A stretch of 64,000 bases of DNA from the human T2T-CHM13v2.0 reference genome, Homo sapiens, in NCBI RefSeq assembly GCF_009914755.1, contig NC_060947.1; one strand, written 5' to 3'. Positions 14,335 through 25,430 of this stretch are shown piece after piece. The notes under the pieces were generated by a model. It was not told where the DNA came from. It saw only the letters and a program-made list of their open reading frames with translations, and did not search any database. Both the position numbers and the translations under genes were made by a program. The first letter of the stretch is position 1, and every line of letters starts with the position of its first letter.

Positions 14335-16582
14335 GAAGTCGGAGACTGAGTCTTGGAGCTTGTGGGAAGCAGAGTAAGAAACTTTTACTTCCAATAGCTT
14401 TAGTGCTCATAAAACTATTCATGATTCATGTAGAAAAAATGGAAGGGACAGGGTAGGAGTTTAGTTACATGAGGGTACACATTAGTTTGTAGGTACAATG
14501 AGGGAATGGGGCAGAGACAAAGGAAAAGCAGAGGAATTGACTGCAGGGAGATAGGTGGGGGATCACCTGAAATTTTGGAAGGGGGAAGTTTGAAGAACAG
14601 GAATTAATGCCTCATTAAGGGGAAATACTTAAGATGTTTTAGGAATCCTCTATAAACATTTCTCTGATTTGCCTAAGAATGAAGTAGGAACAGGTCCAGG
14701 TAAGCTTCAGGATCTACTGGAGAGGAAACTCAGGCATGGATAGCAAATACCCTTTCTTGATTGTATTCTTGTCCCTAGAGTCTTAGAGGATTTAGTTTTA
14801 GACTCAAGGCCCTCTAGTCCACATTCACAGTGTGCCTGTATGGACCATCTCTCTATAGTATACATTTTCCCTGGAAGTGAGTTTAGAAACAACTATTATA
14901 AACAAAAACAGGAAGCAAAACAAACAAGCAGCTAACAATTTAGCACTGCAGAGGATGAGGGAGAGAAAATGCACTTCCCACACTACCTAAATGTTATAAA
15001 TTTAAAAAGACCAGCAGAAAATGGCAAGGTTAGGATTTTCTAAACAGCAAACACCCAACTGCTTTACTCATTCTGTTACTATAACTTCATCAAATATTTA
15101 TTGAACACTATAAAGTACCACAGGTAAGCACTAAGGATGAAGAGGTGACTTAGGCAAAGTCCTTACCTTCAAGGAATTCACAGTCTATGGGAGAACACTC
15201 ATAAATTATAACACCATACCAGGACCATTGAGCTTGGGAGTGGGATGACCTTACCCACTGAGAACAATGCCTTTAAGCACAGGGATATGGCTCTGTGCTG
15301 ACAAAAGACGAGTTGAAGATCAGCTGCACTTCTGGTTCTCCTTTGCGATTGATTCGATTGATTCAGAATACAGCTGCTAAATCTAACTACAGTTCTTTTG
15401 GCACTGCTAACCGGGCTGGATTCTGCCTGGTGGTCAAAGGCTGCCAAATCCTAGATTTAAGACATTGCCTTTCCAAAGAAAAATAGCTATAATGAAAATA
15501 GCTTATGACTTACATAAACTTTAGTAATATAACACACACATTACCTTTGAAAAGGACGCTAGTATTTTGTTACATATGGACCATCACACTGACTTAAAAT
15601 AGTTATTTCTTGCTTTTATCTTGTTTCCATAAGCTTTATAATTTTAATAGTACCCATCTGACTCTACCCAATGATATATTTATTTGAAAACTTCTCCAAA
15701 AGAAACTTTCTCAACATTTTAATCATTTGACCTTACCTTTACGAACTTAAGGCACAACTTTCCTGAGCCTTGGTTTCATCAACTATAAAATGGGAACGAT
15801 AAACTCCAAAACACCAGCTAGCAGTAAAGTTCAAATGAGATTAATATGTGTACAAGCTGAAGTTTAACCAAAAAATTGTCTCTGCTTTAAATCTAAATGA
15901 GAAATCTTATAGCCTTGAAGCTTGACCCCAAGAGGCTATAACCTGGAAAAGTGTTAAGACTAGGTGAATCTTTTCCCAGGATAAGAATGGCATGAAGAGG
16001 ACAATGTGGAGGAGATAAAGGTAGTCTGGCTGTGACAGAGTCCCTTACTGATACTCAATGCTGATTTGGCTCGTCAGGCTAGTTTCCCTTAGCTCTTACC
16101 TTCCTCTGTCCTCTCATCGTTACTCACTTGGTTAAACACGTTGACCTTGCTGGATGAAGGGATACCACTCCTTTAGTGGAAAAAAGGTGGAAGGCCCTGA
16201 AATCCTGAGTGCCTTCATTGTAGAAAAAAGTTATGTATTGACTGCAAGGACAGCATCTAAGGCAGCATATATGGAGTGTCTGGAGCCCATCTGAAGGCCA
16301 ATAATTGATGGTAATAAACAATAAGATATTTTCTATATGATACAGGTATATAAAACTACCCATTCATTTACAAATATTTTTAAAATGCAGTCCATGTACA
16401 TTTGGATAGACAGAACTGTCCAACTTCAAATAAAAGATTGATAATGATTTTTAAAAATTGAGGTTAAAAAATCTATTCAACAATTTAAAAAAATATTGAA
16501 TTGGGCAGCAAATTAAAGTGATTGTCAAAATGTTTCACTGGATAAAACAAAATAATTGTGTCATATTTAATTTAATATTTCA

Positions 16583-16912
<330 letters not shown>

Positions 16913-17281
16913 TATATTGTCTGAAATATTTTATACATGGACAATTCCCAGTGAACAAATTTGTCATTTGGCCACTTTCTGCATGTAGATCAGGTTATAC
17001 ATATCATTCATTTTCAGCCATTGTCTATAATTTCTATAATATATAATATATAATTTCTATATCATTCTCAGTTTTCCCCCAAAATATGCCAGAATGGTAA
17101 CTAAGGAAACAGGCGAATGAATGTTTAACTTTGTTTAAACATGTACTGCAATACACATGATCATTTTGATAAAAAGTAATGATTTTCAGTTTTGAGAAAG
17201 ATTTATAAGTTAGCAAATCCAGAACATGAAGCAATACACCAAATAATTAAAGAAACCAACCTCAGTAATACAGATGTCTAT

Positions 17282-17287
17282 TTTATT
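17282..17287 (-). terminator. Distal polyadenylation signal AATAAA of RAP2C
   Basis: Minus strand reads TTTAATAAAATAGACATCTGTATTACTGAGGTTGGTTTCTTTAATTATTTGGTGT: the hexamer plus a GU/U-rich downstream element. Confidence 0.75.
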
Positions 17288-17740
17288 AAAAAAGTTACAA
17301 ACAGGTGGACTGCAGGGTCGTCTTACAAAATGACAAGAATGAAATCTATTGGAAAAATTTTACTTTTACAAATCTTTATAGGTAATTGTTCAATGTTTGT
17401 ACTTGTTATTTGAGATTTTACCTTTCACTGATAAAGTTACAGTACATTAGATCCATGATAATAGGTTACATTATTTTATTTGCAGAGCCCTACTGCAGTG
17501 ATTTGAACAACTCCTAAATAGATGCCATAATAAAGACAAGACATATATTGCATTTAATATTAATTTATTATCCTAATAAGCAACATGCAATCTATTGAGG
17601 AAGCTAAAATAACTTTTGGTCCCTTTTCTTAAAATGTGCTGGAGAAACCACCTTTAAAATCACTTTCCCCTGATTCCTGCGATCCTAAGTGAATTCAAGT
17701 CAAATTTGCTGCTGAGGTCAATGACAATGAACACTGTAAT

Positions 17741-17742
<2 letters not shown>

Positions 17743-17778
<36 letters not shown>
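17743..17778. repeat. (GA)n microsatellite, (UC)n in the RAP2C 3' UTR
   Basis: Seen directly. Confidence 0.95.
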
Positions 17779-17784
<6 letters not shown>

Positions 17785-20300
17785 GAACACAATCTACAGG
17801 AAAGAAACATTATAAAAAAATCAAAATCTCTAGAAAATTTAAATCATGATGAATTATTTGATTCCTTTAGAATTTCACAAAGCCACAAAGCTAATAACAA
17901 TGATCCATGATCACTTAACCTACTTTTAAATGAGTGTTTGGTTTTAAGTTTGGTATTAAAGTGCAAACTTAAATTAAGTATTCACTTCAAGCAGTTCATA
18001 AATAAGGAACAATGTTTCAATTGCCTCTATCTTTACAATCTCACCATAAAATTCAAAATTTAAGAACAAGAGTTCACTTTGAGGGAATTTGCTCAGGAAT
18101 CAAATGCAACACGATTTAAAAAAAGGAAATCAAAGTTTAGTCAATTTCTACTCAGTAATTAATGGTCATGCTGACCCATAAATCACATGAATGTAGATAC
18201 CACTTTATTTGAACATCACACACAATATAAATTTAAAATTGCCACACCCTTTCATAAACCATCACTGCATATATTAGAGCTTTCCTTGACAAAGTTATTG
18301 AGCTCTTATTATAGATCAAAAGTATAGTTTTGGTTTTGTTTTATTTTATTTAGAAGCATGTTCAAATGACTAAAGCTGGGCTCCTAAAATCGAGAACTTT
18401 GGTGCAGTAGGTGAGCTGCAGTTACTAACTTCTGCAAATGAAAAGCACACAACTAAAATCAAATAAAAACCCAACAATAAAATACTGTCAAACTTACACA
18501 ATTTAAAAATCATTGCTAGAAAAAGCCCTCATTGTCACGATGTTAAAACTGAACCAAAATATTACTCTGCATAAGTTTCCTTTCTGATTCTACACCTGCG
18601 TTACTGTTAAAATGTTCAAGTATTCAGACAAAAATATGCTGATTAGGTAAACAACATGGAAGGCAATGGCTATTAGAAAGCACATTTGCAAAAATAAAAA
18701 ATAGCCCAGAGACTTGGCGCTATTCTCCCTCCTGTTACACAGATTTTGTCTCTAATACGAACATGCTTCTTGAGAAATAACTAAAAAGCAATTGTGATAG
18801 TGCAAGAAAACTTTAACAAATATTGCTTTAAACTATTATTCAGAAAGACAAATATTAAGAACTAGAAAGTGTGTATGATTTTATTTGAATTCAATTTTAC
18901 ATGTGCAGAAGTCTACTAGATGTCAATTACAAGCCTGATAGGCAAAGATGAGCTATCTCTGTTTAGGTATACAATTAATTTACCATGGATACAATATCCC
19001 TTTTCAAAGGCATTGCTAAATAGGTCATAACTAAATTTAGAACTTCACAGAAAGGAAAATGTTACTGCCGCAATTCAATGCTGTAAATGAGATTAACACA
19101 TGTGAAAACCTAATGGAACTGAATGCTTAACTCTTCAACTAAATGCTCTACAGTCAATTTCAAATATCAATTGTAACCTTCAGAACATGTTAATTACAAA
19201 AAAAAAAAAAAAAAAACAAAACACATCACAAACTGCACTTGAAGAAAAGGGATATTCCATCCATACAGGTAAAATGTGATCTTTAGTTTCTTTTTACAAC
19301 ACTGCCACACGTAAACAAAGTCTCAAAGTATTAACCAATAATTTTAAAGGAGAAAGATTTTACAAATAGGATGAAGCACTGGTACGAGGTAATATACAGA
19401 AGTAACCATTTGTTTAAGGCTCAATTTTTTCTCCATTATAACTTTCTTTTAAAAGGCATTGAGTAGGTAATACTGAGTTTGAGTATTTAATAAATACAAG
19501 TCGAGAAACTGATTAAAGAAATCAATTAAAATATTAAAAATTAACCCTTGTATATTAGCCATCAATAAGAACTTAGAAAGCTATAAAAGGACTGATTGAT
19601 AAAGAATGGATTTTAAACGTATGGTAAACGTGCTAAGCATTCCTGTTTAAGGTCGATGGATCTTGAAGGCCAAAGACCTTATGCACTTAAATAGATGTAT
19701 GGCAACATGCTGTAATAGAGACAGGTTTACCAAGGCTCAGTTCTGCAACCCAGGTTGTAAAGTTCTCCAAAGCAGCATCTGTGCAAATTTCCTCTGAGTT
19801 TTATCTGCAATTAAGATAAACATGTCATAAAAATGTAGAAATACATAGTTTAAAAAGAGAACACTGACAACAGATCTATATACACAGAGAAGTGGTAACA
19901 AGAATAACAAACTTCAGTTAAAGTAGAAAGTTAATTTTCCCTCGTCCTGATAAGTCATTAAAAAAAAATAGAAACACAGAAGTGATGCATTGGATATAAT
20001 GTACTTTGTGTGTGCGTGTGTGTGCGTGTGTGTAGCTATTCTAGCTTATTTCTATAATATTATTATGCCTTGTACTTGTATTATACTTATGCAATATTAA
20101 AAATGTCCTTACTGGTTTAAATGATCTTACAGTATAAAAGTTGTTGCAAATGCTGCTTCTACTTTGAACTTGATCTCTTCACATTTTAACTGGAAATGGT
20201 ATTGTTATCAAATGCATGTTAATTATGAGTTAATTGGCAGTATGTTAGACTTTTCCTAAATTTAGTTTTTTGAGAGATTAAAATAAGAAAACGTCATTCA

Positions 20301-20442
20301 GGCCGGGCACAGTGGTTCATGTCTGTAATCCCAGCACTCTAGGAGGCCAAGGTGGGAGGACTGCAGAAAGAAAAAAGAAAAGAAAGGAAAAGAAAAAAGA
20401 AAAGAGAAGAAAGAGGGAGGGAGGGAGGAAGGAAGGAAGGAA
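20301..20442 (+). mobile_element. Alu 5' fragment followed by GA-rich simple repeat
   Basis: ggccgggcacagtggttcatgtctgtaatcccagcact..., then (GAAAA)n/(GGAA)n. Confidence 0.75.
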
Positions 20443-22282
20443 ATTCAATCAAGGTCTAGATATTGAGCACCTACTAGGTGCCTAGGTAAGGTCAGATGCT
20501 AGGTGATAGCAGCAGTTCACATTTTCCACTTGGGTCTGCCCTTTTTTGGGGATGTCCTCCCAACCACGGGATCTTCTTTTATGACTGGGATTCCTCATTC
20601 CCTGCTCTTATAGCGTACAGATTTCTGCCCTTCCAGCTAATACTAGGGAAAAAAAATCTATCGTTCAGACAGATAGAGCGTCCTTCAACTGTGCTGAATC
20701 ACCAAATAGCTTCTAGGGGAATAGAGTTATGTTTGTTTTTGAACGCATGAGATAAAAAATGTTATCATAAAGCCAGAAACAAAAGTAGAACAGCAACTAT
20801 GAAAGAATGCCAAGGGAAACCAGTTTATAATCATTTAAGGGCTCTACCAATGTTTATAAATGCATAATTTTAATTTCATTTGACAGCTACACTTCTATTA
20901 GTGCTCAAAGAGCCTGAGATAATGCTTTATTAGCAGCTATATCATAAAAATGATTACTATTAAAGAACATCACTCTGCTCATTATTGAAATTCTGCTACC
21001 TAAACACATTAGGAAAAAATAGAACAAAAGTCTGCCTCTTTAGAAATTATTATAGAAACATTCTTCCAATTAAAAGACATTTTGCATTAAATTGTTAATT
21101 AGGACACCAGTTATTTAAGCTTTGGCAAGTCCGGTTTCCTCATCATCGAAAAAGGGATAAAAATACTTTCTTCACAGGGTTGTTGTAAATTTGTTTTCCA
21201 TTTCCAACTATGTTATAAATTTCTAGACTACCAGGATTGTAATTTTGATATCCAGACTAAGGAGCTTTATATTTTTTAGCCTAGCTGGAATTTCTATACC
21301 TACTTGAACACAACAGTATTTCATTATATATGCAGTATTATGAATAAAAATTATTCATTATGAATACTTTTTAGTAATTTAGAAAGACTTCCTTCAATTA
21401 GTTTGAATTAATGAATTTGCTATAAATTTTCATTTCCTTTTTTAAATCAAACAATTATAAAGAGGTTGGGATTTTCAAAAATAATTATTTCTCTTAAATA
21501 TTAAAGACCTCTTCAAGCATTCTCTAAAATCAAATTGAGAAAGTAGTTATTATTTATTTCTAGCCAAAATAAATATTAATAATCAAATCATTTTACTAAC
21601 CATAATCTATATGGAATAAAACATGATATATTAATCACCTCCTACCCTCTAAAAACCTGGGTAACATTTGGTCTATCCACATCCACAGGATGACAATACT
21701 CCTGTGAAATCAAGAGATATAGATAAATCCTGAGTTAGGCTCTACAATATTAACATTAGGCATACCTTTAAGCAAACAAAGTATTAATACTAGCTACTTT
21801 TCAAGAGAGTAATAAATTATAATTATCTGCAGTAATAAATCCTGAAGTAAAATGCTTGCATTAAACAAAAACAACAGTCTCTTTCAGGTTAGAATTTCAA
21901 GTGTAAATGTTCTTGCTCCCCAGTGACAGCAAAATTTTCAATATACTAACACTTTCATTTACGTAAAAATAAATCGCTGAAGGTTTAAAAGCAGCTGGTC
22001 AAATCAGTACTTTTTAACTTGCAGGATATCACATTCAAGCACGTTGCAAATGTATAACTTGCAGCTTTCAAGATAGAACACAAGTTATCCTCGACCTCAC
22101 TCTCAAGTTTCCAGCAAGACACTCAACAAATCTTATCTCTGGAAGCTTCTATTCAAACTCTTACTTAATTGTTTGGTTTTACTTTTTAGCTTTTTACTAA
22201 TGCAATATTATAGGAAAGTACAAAAAAAAAACCACACACACACACACTAATCCAAAGCTTTTGCTCAGGAAATTATGAAATA

Positions 22283-22520
22283 AATAGGGTCTCCCAAGTC
22301 GGGTAAATTGGTATACGAGAGTACCAAACACAGAACAAAAGGAACAAAGATCATTATTTATGTCAGCCTGAAGAAAAAAAGGGGATTCTTGATTCAAGAC
22401 TAGCACATCATTTCACATGGCAGCAGAATGCCTGGTATGTTAACAAAGGCTCCTGAAAGGCTTAGCAGTTTATGAATGTCTTTTTAGCTTAACTGGACTT
22501 ACCTTATCTAAATACAATGG
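22283..22520. repeat. Left arm of long non-Alu inverted repeat
   Basis: Reverse complement aligns with 24596-24861. The core 22384-22459 vs 24657-24732 is 70/76 identical. Confidence 0.92.
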
Positions 22521-22727
22521 TATTTACTAGCATTGTCTCTCTCTCTCTCTCACAAATACTAGTGTGTAATCATAATCACTTTTAATTTTTTTCTAGTTTT
22601 AGGGATATGATATTCTTGGGATTTAACCAAAATACTTTTTTTGAAAATGAATTTCCTTTCATATTTAATTAGCATTTTATTTACAAGTTAAAAGTTAGTT
22701 GTATTAGCAAAACATCAGGCTGCAATT

Positions 22728-23183
22728 ATAATTTTAATAAATTGTTATTTTAATAATGATGTTAATAAATCATCAAAAGTGCTATTTTAATAAAACATTA
22801 AATTATTTTAGTAATAATTTTAATAAAACATTAAATTATTTTAATAATTTTAATAAAACATTAAAATTATTATTTTAATAATAATTTTAATTTCAGAGAC
22901 AGGATCTTGCTCTGTCATCCAGGCTGGAGTGCAGTAGTGCAATTGTGGCTTACTGCAACCTGGAATTCCTGGGCTCAGGGGATCCTCCTACCCCAGCCTC
23001 TTGAACCGCTAGTACTACAGGCACACACCACCATACCCAGCTAAGTTTTTTATTTTTATTTTTTGTAGAGTCGGGGTCTCATTACATAGCCCAGGCTGGT
23101 CTCGAACTCCTGGCCTCAAGTGATCCTTCCACCTCGGCTTCCCAAAGTGCTGGGATGACAGGTATGAGCCACTGCATCTGGCC
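22728..23183 (-). mobile_element. AluJ with an expanded AT-rich tail
   Basis: Alu body ~22893-23183. The TSD tcaggctgcaatt (22715-22727) / tcaggctggaatt (23184-23196) encloses the AT-rich tract. Confidence 0.88.
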
Positions 23184-24595
23184 TCAGGCTGGAATTCCTC
23201 TGATACAGGTTATGTTTTTGTTAAATATCTTTTGTTTTGTTTCTCTATCCTAATGTGCATAATACTCATGAAGCTTACTAGGGTTGGAGTGGGAGGACTA
23301 GATCTTTAAACGTGTTCACTGTCACCCATTAAACACAGAGAGCAAAAGCGGAACCTATGGCATAGAATCCTTGAATGGAGGTGGAATCACACATGAAGGA
23401 AAGCAAGCTCACTAAATGTTTATAGTGAACCCAGGGTAGAAGGGATGGGATTAGCTATATTTCTTATGTACTAGACCTAAAATCTCTGAATGTTTAAATT
23501 AATATGATTAGTTCAATTCTGAGATCTCACATATTATAACCAAGTCCAGTGATAATAAACAACAGTGTGAGCCCAATGATACAATTCCAGCTGCTAGCTT
23601 TGAATTAGACCAGATAAGTTAGTACTCCCCTCAACTCTAAATTGCTTTTTCTGAATTTGATGTTTCTAAGATTGGCTAATTAAAACTACTTGGGAGTATG
23701 TTTTTGATTGGATATGTTTTTCTAACAGCTGACAGGACTTAAGTTTTTCTTACTGATATTATCTTCTGAATTGTAGAATTCTACTGAGAAGTAATCCCAT
23801 GGGGAGAATCTTTTCTGTAGTATGGCTAGAACACTTCCTTGGTGGCAATTCTCCAACTCTATGATGCAATTTTTGTTAATTCTACTGATAGTTCATTCTA
23901 AGCCAGAGAGGTAATGGAGTAAAACTGAATGGCTCATATGCATTTTATTATGCAATAAAAGCCTAATCTTGAGGTTAAAAGGAAGCAATTAAAGAGGGAA
24001 CAGATATACAAAGAGTCATTCTAATCACCAGACACCTCCACATCCAGAGCAGGTCTAACTAGGCACCTGTCCACTCTCAAGTCTCAAACCATGAACCAAC
24101 CCTATGAATTCAGTGAAGGTCTGGGAGAATTAGGAGTAGTAGAAAGGGCAAGGTGGTTTTGTTTTTCCCTTTTACCCAAGGTTCGCTGAGGGCCTTTATG
24201 GTACATACCACCCCCAAAGCATGCTTCTTCTTCCATTCAACTCCTCTGCTCCACTTTGACTCACCATGTGAACTGGATGACAGATGAGCATTTTAAATAA
24301 GCCATTTTCCCCATTCAAAGTGATATGCAAATAGAGCAGTGGGAAAAAAAGAACTATCTAACAAAACTATAACTTCTACAACAGAATTCCACCCCAGCAT
24401 TTTACTGATATTATTAATATTTACCTTGTATAGGAAATTTTAAGTATGTGATGTGATTTGAGGATTTTTCTCCTCACATTTGCTAAACCCCCAGCATACC
24501 ATAAAAATTAAAAACTAAAATTAAAAGTTAAAAAAATTAAAAACCATTCTGATTCTATATTTTATTTTAAAAAACCCTGAAAATGTTTATCAATT

Positions 24596-24861
24596 CCACT
24601 GTATTTAGGAATAGTAAGTCTAGCTAGACTAAAATGATGTTCAAATAGAGTTTAGTCTTTCAGTAGCCTTTGTTAGCATCCCAGGCATTCTGCTGCCATG
24701 TAAAATGACGTGCTAGTCTTGAACCAAGAATCTCCCTTTTTCTTCAGGCTGAAATATATAATGAACTGGGGCTGACATAAATAATGATCTTTGTCCTTTC
24801 AGTTTGCTTCCCTGTGTTTGGTACTCTTATGCACCATTTACTCTAGTTGGGAGAACCTGTT
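24596..24861. repeat. Right arm of long non-Alu inverted repeat
   Basis: Matches the reverse complement of 22283-22520. Carries an extra ~23-nt internal duplication (ggctgaaatatataatga..ggctgacataaataatga). Confidence 0.92.
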
Positions 24862-25244
24862 CCACAGTACACTGAGAAAAATGGTATAAAATCTTACAGG
24901 AGACCTTCAAACCACAGTGAATAACACCTTTTCCCCCATTTTCTTTCTTTATCACTTTCATCAATACTGGACTGACATAAAGGAATCCTTGAAAAATCAT
25001 CTTTAAAATATTCTATTTGCCAAAAGGATATATCAAACTGTCACATTTAAGAGACACCTTTACTGCACTTCCCCCTTACTATTAGGGAATCAACAGAATA
25101 TTTTAGGATATGATTATGCTCCTTCTTGGCATTCTTTCTGTTTGAAGGTCAACACTGACACCCCCCACCCCTACCACCAGTCCCCTCAAGTCCTATCCAT
25201 CTTCAAAGCCTGATTCAAATGCTATTGCTCCCAATATCTCTAAC

Positions 25245-25430
25245 TCGGTGGCGCTTAACCAAGGGCAATTTTTGTCCCCAGGGGGCATTTGGCAATTTCT
25301 GGAGATATTCTTGTCATAATGGGGGATGAGGAAGATGCTACTGTCATCTAGTGGGTAAAAGCTAGGGATGCTGTTAAACATCTGACAATGCACAGGACAG
25401 CCCCAAACAGCAAAGATCCCAGAATGTTAA
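25245..25430. mobile_element. MER20-like hAT element
   Basis: ggggcatttggcaatttctggagatatt...atgctactgtcatctagtgggtaaaagctagggatgctgttaaacatctgacaatgcacaggacagcccc. Confidence 0.75.

Larger units (their letters stand above)
17262..19804 (-). other. RAP2C: RAP2C terminal exon (entirely 3' UTR)
   Basis: Acceptor TTTATCTTAATTGCAG|ATAAAAC at 19805/19804. TE-free AU-rich 2.5 kb that ends in AATAAA followed by a GU-rich downstream element. The exact cleavage site is estimated. Confidence 0.8.

Noticed and set aside
17192-17413. 73-aa + strand ORF over the RAP2C 3' end
   Set aside because: TTG start, antisense to the UTR, no coding features.
23781-23820. Small hairpin ctactgagaag...cttttctgtag
   Set aside because: Short and imperfect; within chance expectation.
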